Counted from the first letter of the stretch, positions 16,401-24,479 are shown. The stretch is 25,808 nt of DNA from an uncultured Gammaproteobacteria bacterium (GCA_964359615.1 CAYHTX010000001.1:1-25808); one strand, 5' to 3'. The notes: generated by a model from the letters alone, not told the origin. Translations and numbers: made by a program.

Positions 16401-16824
16401 AATTGTGAAACACCGTTTCGTTGTCGATCGGATAAAGGGAATGACTAACGAGGAGATAGACTGAAGGATTATCAACTGTCTTCACGAGCGAGCCATTCCC
16501 GAATTCGCGCCGCGGACCCCACGGCAAAAACCAAAGTTCGTGATCTGGAATGCTTTCGAGTGTACTTTCGGTCGTTAAATGGATGTCGCTCCAGGATGAA
16601 AAATGAGAAAAAAAGACGGCTGGACTCTTCATCGGACGTTTTTTACAATCCGACGATACATAGTAAACTGCCGGCGAGGCCGATGACTTATACGGATACC
16701 CGACCTCGAGTGGACAATCCCCTGCGGCAACCGGCATCCGTGAGAGAACGAGCGGCGGAAAACTAAAAAGCGCTATCAGAATACTCACTCCAATGCGCTG
16801 AACCAACGGACGAAAGTTTGACAT
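13453..16824 (-). CDS. Large secreted/surface protein: N-terminal repeat domain, right-handed beta-helix (pectate-lyase-like), P/T/A linker, FG-GAP/VCBS repeats
   Basis: Start at ATG 16824 with a signal-peptide-like N-terminus. 'SALRDAVGKAVPGDTITLSDGTY' beta-helix cap, Asn/Gly ladders, 'DIGAY' end motif, linker VTPVVEPTPAPAPPEAPVTAPPAATP, and seven DxxxDGxxD loops. Confidence 0.85.
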   Translation of the reverse strand: MSNFRPLVQRIGVSILIALFSFPPLVLSRMPVAAGDCPLEVGYPYKSSASPAVYYVSSDCKKRPMKSPAVFFSHFSSWSDIHLTTESTLESIPDHELWFLPWGPRREFGNGSLVKTVDNPSVYLLVSHSLYPIDNETVFHNLELEWRWIEDVTSDVIARYTVQATIRSQADYPAGMAYTYQNSPEVYKVVRTANGQVERQYISSYDELAALYRVDRLPTISASTNIPDVPIAATPPAVVGTLVSTVSALRDAVGKAVPGDTITLSDGTYNFSGTRITTQRGGRQGAPITVRAQNENGAIIETNGAEEAFHIQHPYYIFENLHVKVNGSGAYHAYKLDTDGHDVVIRGGKMEVYRGAEGGVKGSGAGAAPYPDKLLIENTEIFFREPTNYSVAEGIDGIGVKGWIIRSNVIHGVKKDSGVAWGILMKGNSQDTIVENNLFYDNDVSISIGGTTGAQWFRDQNTTYEHRDGVVRNNVSLNTKDVALYLENGNDTQVYNNTFINSYTGGGNSSIDVRYSGSTADVRNNILDKQILDRSGGTHTGGSNIILGSTYSTNDFESVVARNLKPKTGTALYTAAVGKGETLTTVVADKDGVSRVGKSYDIGAYQVGGVVTPVVEPTPAPAPPEAPVTAPPAATPVTAPNTTLTLTREDNHGIPGMYGGSFGTADFDGDGDTDVVAIGHFRTMYHSSDNPGGGSEELRLYRNVSSLSGAIRFELQQTLSNENGNRGATLAVGDFNGDGRKDFAVEMRNGGNIASFMNNGSWNFTKYELDFANNSTSLGLAAADVNRDGRDDLVFNSDGGENGGLWYAWNTSTNLWDAHQRDFSHRITYGGTIAAGDLTGDGYPEIAVGGNSNILFGSHSCGSGATITSGERLMYGQTHANLGGSSGFAPPALSVISAYGLKVSESVRTDINSCHGMDNAQMAIADLDRDGKNDVIIAGSSTGQSGEPGKNGQHYDFAVLFNVNGTGKNFEIWENTGPQDPDGTTNGGPGNLDWPSIAVGDLTGDGYPEVFVQGHHRDYTVTDNPYVYEDVIFVNNGNRTFTAVHPSEYLASFSGSLPSGLGFLSGRPKYVAEGGVAMADFNSDGKVDVLFSGAELPYHTNGVNYRDYNTAETLKTYVLKNAR

Positions 16825-16844
16825 AGACGACTGATGCTCCACTC

Positions 16845-17414
16845 TCAAAATCCGTAATCAACCGGGCCATACCCGGGCACGCTCACATACCCCTGGCTGT
16901 TATCTGCATTGTAATTCCCTGCTCCGAAATTGCCTTCTGACCAGAAGTTATCGCCGCTCGTACCTCCGCCGGCCGGCGCGCTGCCTCCACCATACAGGTT
17001 GCCGAGCGGCGCTGGTTTTCCTTCCGTGCCATAGTTGCCATACGCATCCAGCCAGTATGATCCTGGACGAATGACTCCGAGAGACTGTTCAAGAAGCGTG
17101 AGCTCGCTTGGGGTGATTTCCCTACCGTTCACGAAAACAGCCGTGTTTCCAGGCGACACATTGTCCGGAATCTCGCCACCATCGTTTCCAGCCTCAGGCT
17201 CCGATGTTGCCTGTCCGTCTGAAATAGATGATCCGCTGGTGATATCGCTCGAATCCTCAGATGCAGATGGCTCTCCCGACTCAGTAAGACCAGACGGCAT
17301 TGCCAGTTCGGTCACTCCCGGCGATTTGAGAGCGAGGTTGGAACGGACGGCGAGACCGGCAGTGCCCCCGACCAGAAGGATCGCGACGATGCTCAAAAGA
17401 ATTTTTATATTCAT
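16845..17414 (-). CDS. Hypothetical membrane-anchored/secreted protein with acidic S/G linker
   Basis: Start at ATG 17414 (MNIKILLSIVAILLVGG). Low-complexity S/D/E/G linker, then 'VFVNGREITPSEL...PGSYWLDAYGNYGTEG' domain and a G/N/Y-rich tail. Confidence 0.75.
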   Translation of the reverse strand: MNIKILLSIVAILLVGGTAGLAVRSNLALKSPGVTELAMPSGLTESGEPSASEDSSDITSGSSISDGQATSEPEAGNDGGEIPDNVSPGNTAVFVNGREITPSELTLLEQSLGVIRPGSYWLDAYGNYGTEGKPAPLGNLYGGGSAPAGGGTSGDNFWSEGNFGAGNYNADNSQGYVSVPGYGPVDYGF

Positions 17415-17434
17415 ACGGATTTTGCGCAAAAAAT

Positions 17435-18175
17435 TTACAGTGTTTTATTTGCCTCTCCTACATATTCTATATCATCTTCCGACAACCGGCGCAACCCGGC
17501 GTCGCCGGTCATCTCTTCATACACCTGTGCCACGAGTCCCGGAACGCGTGCAATGATAAATACGCCTTTCATCACATCCCACGGAAAGCCCATGTCTGAA
17601 AGAATAGCCGCCATCGCGCCGTCAATATTGAGCGGCAGTTTCTTTGACGAAATCGCGTTCAAACTCTTACCGACCGCCTCGGCTGAGGCACAATGCTTGC
17701 CATAAAACCCGAGCTCCCGCGCCACTGCGAGGAGCTGACTCGCGCGGTGATCGTCAGCGAGGATTGCGTGGCCGTAGCCTGCCAGACGGATTTTTTGTTC
17801 CTTCATTTTTTTGATCAGGCTATCAATGTCGGCATCGTCGGCATGCTCTTGGAAAAATTTCGCGGCTCCCTCAATGGCGCTCCCGTGCCGCTCGCCCATG
17901 GCGAGAATGCCGGCAGCGACGGCCGTATGCAGGCTGTTCTTCGCCGACGCGACGATTCTCGCTGTCAAAGCTGATACCGTGCCCGGGCCGTGATCAATGG
18001 CGGCAGTCAAAATGGCGTTGAACATTTTCGCCTCCGTTTCGTTTGGGAGTTCGCCTCTCAAAATCAAATAAATCGCTTCGGCAAATGATTTCTGTTGCAT
18101 GAGATCTTTCATGGCATACCCTCGGATCACTTCTTCGCCGCGGTTGAGGTTGGTAATACTCGTTTTAAATTTCAT
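17435..18175 (-). CDS. Citryl-CoA lyase (citrate-synthase-like domain)
   Basis: Start MKFKTSIT at 18175 (or 18181). 'IDHGPGTVSA...VAAGILAMGERHGSAIE...GYGH...LNIDGAMAA...SDMGF...ARVPGLVA'. Confidence 0.88.
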   Translation of the reverse strand: MKFKTSITNLNRGEEVIRGYAMKDLMQQKSFAEAIYLILRGELPNETEAKMFNAILTAAIDHGPGTVSALTARIVASAKNSLHTAVAAGILAMGERHGSAIEGAAKFFQEHADDADIDSLIKKMKEQKIRLAGYGHAILADDHRASQLLAVARELGFYGKHCASAEAVGKSLNAISSKKLPLNIDGAMAAILSDMGFPWDVMKGVFIIARVPGLVAQVYEEMTGDAGLRRLSEDDIEYVGEANKTL

Positions 18176-18197
18176 ACGCATAGAAAAAAATACGCAA

Positions 18198-19088
18198 TTA
18201 TACCAATGGCTTGACAAGCTCAACCAAATCTTCGTATCGGTCCGCAATCATGACGCCCGCGGCTCTGAGCGCTGCTTCTTTTTCTTTCGCTCCCTTGCCG
18301 CGCTCGACGATCGCACCGGCATGGCCGATGTTCATCCCCTCAGGTAATATGCTCGTGAATTTACCACCAACATATACTGCAAGCGGTTTGGTGTATTCTT
18401 TCCTTTCAATCATCTCAACAATTTCAAATTCGTAGCTACCGCCATGCTCACCAAAAATTACTACTACTTTTGTTTGTTCATCTTTTTCAAACAAACGGAG
18501 AAGATCGGCGTACGTCATTCCCATAAGGAGATCCCCGCCGACATGCACCGCCGTGCTCTGACCTAACCCGGCCTTCCGAATCTGCCACGAGATCTCGTTC
18601 GTCATGCCGCCCGAGCGGGAAATGATGCCGATACTTCCCGGTTGAAAGATTTCATTGACGAGCGGGCCGCCAACCACGCCCACTCGGCCAATGCCTGGCG
18701 CAATATACCCGAGCGAACTGGGACCAATAATTTGAATATTTTTTTCTTTAGCTGCCGCCAGACAATACCCAGTATCTTGAATCGGGATGCGCTCCACGAT
18801 GACATTGATTTGCGGAATATCATGATCAATCGCTTCGAGGATCGCGGCTTTGGCGGCAAATGGCGGGACATAAATGGCACTCGTCGTAATATCCGTAAAC
18901 TGTGCTTTCGCTTCGGCAACCGAGTTAAAAACCGGCTTGCCTTCCACCTCTTGCCCGCCTTTTTTTGGCGTGACACCACACATAACCTTGGTACCGTAAT
19001 CAAGCATGGCTTTCGCAGCTTTGGCGCCTTCTTTGCCGGTCATGCCTTGGACAAACACTTTTGTTTGAGGGGTGATGAGAATGCTCAT
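18198..19088 (-). CDS. SucD-like CoA-binding alpha subunit (citryl-CoA synthetase small subunit / AclA N-terminal part)
   Basis: 'VQGMTGKEG', 'GVTPKKGG', 'ISRSGGMTNE', 'FGEHGG' and phospho-His motif 'GHAGA'. Confidence 0.85.
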   Translation of the reverse strand: MSILITPQTKVFVQGMTGKEGAKAAKAMLDYGTKVMCGVTPKKGGQEVEGKPVFNSVAEAKAQFTDITTSAIYVPPFAAKAAILEAIDHDIPQINVIVERIPIQDTGYCLAAAKEKNIQIIGPSSLGYIAPGIGRVGVVGGPLVNEIFQPGSIGIISRSGGMTNEISWQIRKAGLGQSTAVHVGGDLLMGMTYADLLRLFEKDEQTKVVVIFGEHGGSYEFEIVEMIERKEYTKPLAVYVGGKFTSILPEGMNIGHAGAIVERGKGAKEKEAALRAAGVMIADRYEDLVELVKPLV

Positions 19089-20308
19089 ACCATTGTAGCC
19101 GCATTGGTGCGGAATCCAGATCGGACCATTTCCGCTAAAACCTGCGCCGTATCGCTCATTGACGTTTCTTTAGTAAAAAGCTTCATATGCAAGTGATTGC
19201 GCTCGACACATTCACGCACGAGCCGCATCGCCTCCGCGCTCTCCGGTCCATCACGACGCACGACAATCGGGTACATCGGCTTTATTTGATCAAGCGCATC
19301 AATAATGCCCAGAAATGTTTCTTTGACATTTGTAAAATTTGCCACGACACCACACATCCACAGTCCACGTAGTCCTGGCTTCGACAGCACAATCTTGGCA
19401 AGCTCGTACACCTTTTCCCGCGGCGGATTGCCGGAATACTCCGTGTAATTAGCGGCTTTGAGGCCAACCGCGGCGAGCGCATCCATATTGGCGATACTCG
19501 CACCGCCACCGTTCAAAATAAGCGCGATGTCCCCGTCCAGTTCAATATACATGCCGGCAGTACCGCGATAATACGCCTCGCCCTCGTCAATTTTTTTGAC
19601 AGCAATTTCCCGCTCAGTCGGGAGTCGCCCGAGCATCGTACGAGGTTCGAGTGACTTCCATTCGTCATGCCGGTAAAACGCATCATCATCGATCGCGACC
19701 TTAGCATCGGCGGCGACCCAGCGCCCGTCACTCGTCTTCACGAGCGGGTTGATTTCGACTTGGCGCGTGTCTTCCTGGAGAAAGCAAGTCCACAGGCTTC
19801 GGCAGACCCTCTCTAGCTCCCCCTGATAGGGGGAGAATGTAAACTCCTCCCCTACCAGGGGAGGCAAGGTGGGGTCTGTCGTGCGAATATCGAGTGGAAT
19901 TTTAATAATATTCTCTTCGCGCACCTCCTCTACATCGATCCCGCCAGATCGTGAATAAATCAGCATCGGCTGCTTCTTATTCGTGTCATAGGTAATCGAG
20001 AGGTAGTGCTCCTCCGCAATCGGCAATTTCTCTTCGATCAAGACTGCCGCCACATATTGTCCAAGGATAATCTGCGCAAACAAATCAGTGACCGCGGTTT
20101 CAACCTCGGAAGCATTCGAGCAAAATCGTATTCCATTATTTTTGCCCCGCTTGCCAGTCAAAATCTGCGCTTTTACGACGACTTGAGTCAACCCTAAGTC
20201 CTCATACGCTTTCCTTACATCATCGCCACGCCGAACGACTGCGCTTGTTGGAGTCGCTATGCCGTGTTTCGCAAATAATTTTTTCCCTTCCCATTCGTAG
20301 AGATTCAT
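19085..20308 (-). CDS. ATP-grasp beta subunit with citrate-binding domain (citryl-CoA synthetase large subunit / AclB-like)
   Basis: Start MNLYEWEGK at 20308. 'VKAQILTGKRGK', 'EINPL', 'DAK', then 'GGGAS...ANYTEYSGNP...VANFTNV..TF.G...VRRDGP', an ACL-type citrate-binding signature rather than SucC. Confidence 0.8.
   Translation of the reverse strand: MNLYEWEGKKLFAKHGIATPTSAVVRRGDDVRKAYEDLGLTQVVVKAQILTGKRGKNNGIRFCSNASEVETAVTDLFAQIILGQYVAAVLIEEKLPIAEEHYLSITYDTNKKQPMLIYSRSGGIDVEEVREENIIKIPLDIRTTDPTLPPLVGEEFTFSPYQGELERVCRSLWTCFLQEDTRQVEINPLVKTSDGRWVAADAKVAIDDDAFYRHDEWKSLEPRTMLGRLPTEREIAVKKIDEGEAYYRGTAGMYIELDGDIALILNGGGASIANMDALAAVGLKAANYTEYSGNPPREKVYELAKIVLSKPGLRGLWMCGVVANFTNVKETFLGIIDALDQIKPMYPIVVRRDGPESAEAMRLVRECVERNHLHMKLFTKETSMSDTAQVLAEMVRSGFRTNAATMV
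19804..19877. repeat. REP-like doublet palindromic element inserted in frame in a CDS
   Basis: CTCCCCCT-GAT-AGGGGGAG (19817-19835) and CCTCCCCT-ACC-AGGGGAGG (19846-19864), flanked by terminal inverted repeat AGACCC/GGGTCT. Confidence 0.75.
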
Positions 20309-20309
20309 A

Positions 20310-20978
20310 CTATTCAAGATATTTCTGCCACTCTTTCGGCATCTCAATCTCCAGATATTTCACCTCTTCCTTGGTCGCGAGCTTGAAAGAAATGCTCGTG
20401 GCCGCGAGCGCGATCGCTTTATCCTGGAACGGTTCGCGCGAACCGTATTTTACATCTCCGACAATCGGGTGTCCATTATGCGAGAGTTGCGCCCGGATCT
20501 GGTGCGGCTTGCCGGTTTCGAGATTGATTTTTAGGAGAGTATTTTTGCCGTTCGATGATACAACTTCATAAGATAACACTGCCTTCTCGGCCCCCAGCCG
20601 CGGCTTGTTGTACGCAGCCACGATATTCTTTACGGGATTTTTTATGAGGTAATTTACAAGTTTTCCGCTATTCTCTTTCGGGAGACCGCTGACAACGGCA
20701 TGATACATTTTCTCCACTGTATGACTGCGAAATTGTTCTGACAGCCTCGAAGCGCCTTTACTCGTCTTGGCAAACACGACAATCCCCCCGACCGGCCGAT
20801 CCAACCGATGCACGAGACCCAAAAAAACATTCCCTGGCTTATGGTACGTCTCCTTGAGATACGCCTTTACCTCGTCCATAAGAGATACGTCGCCGGTCTC
20901 ATCGCCTTGCACGAGAAGACCAGCCGGCTTAAAGACAGCGATGAGATGATTGTCTTCGTAGAGAATCTTGAGTGCCAT
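20310..20978 (-). CDS. RluA/RluD-family pseudouridine synthase (no S4 domain)
   Basis: Start MALKILYED at 20978. 'KPAGLLVQGD', catalytic 'HRLDR', 'LETGKPHQIRAQL...PIVGDVKYG'. Confidence 0.9.
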   Translation of the reverse strand: MALKILYEDNHLIAVFKPAGLLVQGDETGDVSLMDEVKAYLKETYHKPGNVFLGLVHRLDRPVGGIVVFAKTSKGASRLSEQFRSHTVEKMYHAVVSGLPKENSGKLVNYLIKNPVKNIVAAYNKPRLGAEKAVLSYEVVSSNGKNTLLKINLETGKPHQIRAQLSHNGHPIVGDVKYGSREPFQDKAIALAATSISFKLATKEEVKYLEIEMPKEWQKYLE

Positions 20979-20980
20979 AA

Positions 20981-21940
20981 TCAGGTCTTTACTTCGCTCA
21001 ATATTTTTTCTTTTGCCACTTTCAACAGCCAAGCATCAAACTGAACACCTGGAAATCCACGGAGTATCCCTTCATCAACTTCTTTCTCTATCCCAAGAAT
21101 TGCGCGTACTTCCGGTATCGTATAATCAATGCCGCCGGCGATTTTGGTTACGTCCCCACCAGCATCGGAGATTGCCTTCATGAGCTCACTCACGATCGTC
21201 GCTAATTCTGTCCGCACCTCTCCCGGCAGGAGTGTTGATAGGACAGCCGGGAGTGCATCTGCCAATTTCGCGATATCGATCTGATTCCGAAATTGATCCG
21301 CCAAACTTATGAGCCGCTGGGGATGCAAATATGTCTTGACCGAGGAAACACGAATATCCATTTCATCTGGTAATTTCATGGCCATGGCTGTCTTGATATT
21401 GAGCGCAAATGCGCGTTCCGACTCCTCCGGTGAACGAACCGGCTTTTGTGACGTAAGGTGGAGTAAAATAACTGCGAGTACTTCTTCTGTCAACTGTTTT
21501 GCGATCTCAACATTCTCAGGTTTTGTCATGGCAAATGCCAACAAATGATCGCCAACATATTGATAATGGTGTGCTAACGTATCAAACGCGACAAACATGC
21601 CAGTCTTCATTTCTGGGTGATCCGCTACCAATGTCCGCATACCCTCAGCCAATTTTTCCTTTGCGACATGTTCTGGGGCGTCGGAGCCAAAACCTTCCAA
21701 GGGTGCGCCAGTAGGCTGGTATGACTCGTGATACGCTGCAAAGGCCTGCGTCTCTACGGCCTCCGGGGGCGAGAAAGCATGAACATCCTGAAAACCAAGC
21801 CTTTTTAGACCTTCAATCCTCGCTTCACTCGTCGAAGCAATAAATACGGGACGAGCCTTCCACTCCTCAACCATTGCTTCAGGAGTATTTTTCTTCATTT
21901 CCTGCACCGCAGGCAGATTACCACGGGGTTCATTGTCCAT
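20981..21940 (-). CDS. Divergent Maf/YhdE-like protein
   Basis: 'FIASTSEARIEGLKRLGF' (cf. Maf LASxSPRR), 'AKEK', 'AFDT', 'KPE', 'AGG' occur in Maf order, but the protein is 319 aa long. Confidence 0.45.
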   Translation of the reverse strand: MDNEPRGNLPAVQEMKKNTPEAMVEEWKARPVFIASTSEARIEGLKRLGFQDVHAFSPPEAVETQAFAAYHESYQPTGAPLEGFGSDAPEHVAKEKLAEGMRTLVADHPEMKTGMFVAFDTLAHHYQYVGDHLLAFAMTKPENVEIAKQLTEEVLAVILLHLTSQKPVRSPEESERAFALNIKTAMAMKLPDEMDIRVSSVKTYLHPQRLISLADQFRNQIDIAKLADALPAVLSTLLPGEVRTELATIVSELMKAISDAGGDVTKIAGGIDYTIPEVRAILGIEKEVDEGILRGFPGVQFDAWLLKVAKEKILSEVKT

Positions 21941-21952
21941 ATGTATTCATTA

Positions 21953-22843
21953 TTATGTCGATGACCACCGCGCAAATATACCACACGGCAGTAGCCGGCC
22001 GCTTTTTGACTCCTCAATCGCGAGCTCCCCGATCTCCATTTTCCCCGGCCAGTCTTTCATAATATATTCGACATTATTCCCATACGCAATCGCTGAATAC
22101 CCTGAGGCATATCCGTTCGCGAGGAAAAACAGTGGCGTGTCAGAGAGCACTTTTTTACAGAGACCAAAGAGCGGCAAAAGATCGTCCTCGATCCTCCACA
22201 TTTCTTTCTTCGGTCCATGGCCAAAGGCTGGCGGGTCCATGATAATGCCGTCATATTTCCGCCCGCGCTTCACTTCGCGCTCGACAAAAGTGACCACATC
22301 ATCGAGAATCCAACGAATCGGTTTCCGGTCGAGCCCGGAGACTTCGGCGTTGTCTCGCGCCCAGTTAAGCGCTACACGCGAGCCGTCAACATGGCATACA
22401 CTCGCCCCAGCCTGAGCAGCAGCGAGCGTTGCGCCGCCCGTATACGCAAATAGATTCAAGACGCTTATCTGACTTCTGGTTTCTGACTTCTGGTTTCTGA
22501 TCAACCCCCGCATCCAATCCCAATTCGGCGCTTGTTCGGGAAAAAGACCGGTGTGTTTAAAGCTCGATGGATGGATATGAAATTTGAGATCAACGAACTC
22601 GATCTGCCAACGCTCCGGGACAGGCCCACGAAATTCCCATTTCGCTGCCTTGTCATCGCGAGAAAAGACTGCTTGCGCCTTTTGCCACTCTTTTTCCGAC
22701 AAATGTTTTGGCCATAGCGCCTGTGGATCAGGGCGAGACAAAATAACGGCTCCATACCGCTCCAATTTTTCGCCGTCGCCGCTATCGAGAAGTTCGTAAT
22801 CCTTTTGACAGCCAGTGGCGAGTATGAGAGATGATGCGTTCAT
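21953..22843 (-). CDS. Class I SAM-dependent methyltransferase (RlmI/RlmK-like family)
   Basis: 'YELLDSGDGEKLERYG', 'FKHTGLFPEQ', 'VLNLFAYTGG', 'MDPPAFG'. Confidence 0.85.
   Translation of the reverse strand: MNASSLILATGCQKDYELLDSGDGEKLERYGAVILSRPDPQALWPKHLSEKEWQKAQAVFSRDDKAAKWEFRGPVPERWQIEFVDLKFHIHPSSFKHTGLFPEQAPNWDWMRGLIRNQKSETRSQISVLNLFAYTGGATLAAAQAGASVCHVDGSRVALNWARDNAEVSGLDRKPIRWILDDVVTFVEREVKRGRKYDGIIMDPPAFGHGPKKEMWRIEDDLLPLFGLCKKVLSDTPLFFLANGYASGYSAIAYGNNVEYIMKDWPGKMEIGELAIEESKSGRLLPCGIFARWSST
22468..22502. repeat. Heptamer tandem repeat inside the methyltransferase CDS
   Basis: TCTGACT TCTGGTT TCTGACT TCTGGTT TCTGATC; on the minus strand it encodes IRNQKSETRSQ. Confidence 0.8.
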
Positions 22844-22855
22844 AAAATGATTCGC

Positions 22856-23491
22856 TTAATCCGACGTGCTCATGAACGGACTCTTCGCATAGATCGCGCT
22901 CTTCGGCGTCTCCGGATCGGCATACCAGATTCCCGGCTTCATGATGACCCCGGGACCGATCGTCACATTCACACCCAACTGACATCTGTCCCCGAGAATC
23001 ACGCCAAATTTTTTTCGGCCAGTGGATTTTCCATCAACGCATATTTGAGCGCCGTCAAACCGAACATTGGCGACTTTCGCTCCAGCCCCAAAGTGAACGT
23101 CATTGCCCAAAATCGAATCCCCGACATAATTAAAGTGATCTACCCGCACGCGATCAAACAAGATGGACCGGATGACTTCGCTCGTGTGGCCGATGACACA
23201 ATCATCTCCGGCAATGACCATCCCCCGAATATATGCGCCGGCCCGAACGCGACAGTTTTTGCCGAGAATCACCGGGCCGATGATGACCGCCCCGTGTTCA
23301 ATGATGCTTCCTTCGCCGATCTCGACTGGACCGCGAATGAACACATTGCCCTGCATTTCGGCTTTGTTGCTCTCACGCACCATGTTAGCGATCGCCCCTT
23401 CGAGCCGACCGATCGCTTCCCAGGGCTCACCCGCCGGTTCAAACAGAGGAAGAAATCGTTCGGGGATGTGATTAAAATATGTTTCTTGCAT
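22856..23491 (-). CDS. Stand-alone left-handed beta-helix acyltransferase similar to the C-terminal (acetyltransferase) domain of archaeal-type GlmU
   Basis: Hexapeptide repeats and 'HFNYVGDSILGNDVHFGAGAKVANVRFD...TGRKKFGVILGD'. No nucleotidyltransferase domain in 211 aa. Confidence 0.8.
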   Translation of the reverse strand: MQETYFNHIPERFLPLFEPAGEPWEAIGRLEGAIANMVRESNKAEMQGNVFIRGPVEIGEGSIIEHGAVIIGPVILGKNCRVRAGAYIRGMVIAGDDCVIGHTSEVIRSILFDRVRVDHFNYVGDSILGNDVHFGAGAKVANVRFDGAQICVDGKSTGRKKFGVILGDRCQLGVNVTIGPGVIMKPGIWYADPETPKSAIYAKSPFMSTSD

Positions 23492-23501
23492 AGGGTATAG
23501 G

Positions 23502-24449
23502 CTAAATAATTTTCTGGAGGAGTTCTCCTAACAAGGGGGAAGAGAGTCCCCCCTCGCGCGTCTCATACGGCGCACTCACGATCTCTCGTTCACCCATTTT
23601 TTCTATATCGCGAACAAACGGCGCCCACTTTTTTTCTCTGTACGACTGTCGCTGGGCGTCGTTCAAAATGACATCATTGGTCACGATTGTATCGGCTGGC
23701 CGAGGTAAAAATCTCTCAACCGCTTCCACATATCCAGAAATTGTCTCCGGCCCTGTTTCGCCATCGGTTTCGTACCCATGGGCCACGACAAGAATCAGTT
23801 TTCCTTTCGACTCCCCAACGGCTTCTTTCACGCCCGTTGGCAGAAGTGTGGCCACGATACTGCAGTATAAACTGCCGGGGCCGATGATGATGGTATCGGC
23901 AGAGAGAATCGCTTGACGCGCTTCGTTCGTGGCCGCACCTCCTGGATCCAGCCAAACATTTTTAATTTTCTTGGCGCGATCATACGTCGGACGATCAATG
24001 GCCCCTTCGGTTCGGATGATCTCCCCGGTCGATAGTTCAGCGACGAGATGCGTTCGGTCAAGTGTCGCCGGGTACACATGGCCGACTGTCGCAAGCGCCT
24101 GCTCGATCGCTCGCACTCCGGCGAGATAATCGTCGGCATATTCATGCGCGAGAGTTAAAAATATATTCCCAAGATTGTGATCGGTCAATGGGCCACAATC
24201 AGAAAAACGCGTTGAATAAAAAATTTTTTTGACTGTTTCAAAATCGTACGCCGAGAGCGCGAGAAGCGCCCGGAGCAAATCGCCAGGTGGGAGCGTCTCG
24301 AATTCCTCACGCAGTTTTCCGGACGAACCGCCTGAATCGCTCATGGACACTACCGCGGAAATCTCATACTGATCGGCATATGGCTTCAGCGCTTGGAGCG
24401 TACAGATACTGCCGTTGCCGCCACTCATGGTCACAATCTTTTTTTTCAT
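23502..24449 (-). CDS. yvcK: YvcK/GlmR (CofD-like, UPF0052) family protein
   Basis: Start MKKKIVTMSGGNG at 24449. 'DSGGSSGKLR', 'PPGDL', 'HNLGN', 'IIGPGSLYCSI'. Confidence 0.85.
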   Translation of the reverse strand: MKKKIVTMSGGNGSICTLQALKPYADQYEISAVVSMSDSGGSSGKLREEFETLPPGDLLRALLALSAYDFETVKKIFYSTRFSDCGPLTDHNLGNIFLTLAHEYADDYLAGVRAIEQALATVGHVYPATLDRTHLVAELSTGEIIRTEGAIDRPTYDRAKKIKNVWLDPGGAATNEARQAILSADTIIIGPGSLYCSIVATLLPTGVKEAVGESKGKLILVVAHGYETDGETGPETISGYVEAVERFLPRPADTIVTNDVILNDAQRQSYREKKWAPFVRDIEKMGEREIVSAPYETREGGLSSPLLGELLQKII

Positions 24450-24479
24450 ACGAATCTTTTTTACAGAGAACATTGGAGG

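Noticed and set aside
23535-23553. GGGGGA-AGAGAG-TCCCCC hairpin in yvcK as another REP copy
   Set aside because: Only a 6-bp stem, lacks the doublet and terminal repeats, and encodes ordinary-looking C-terminal residues.
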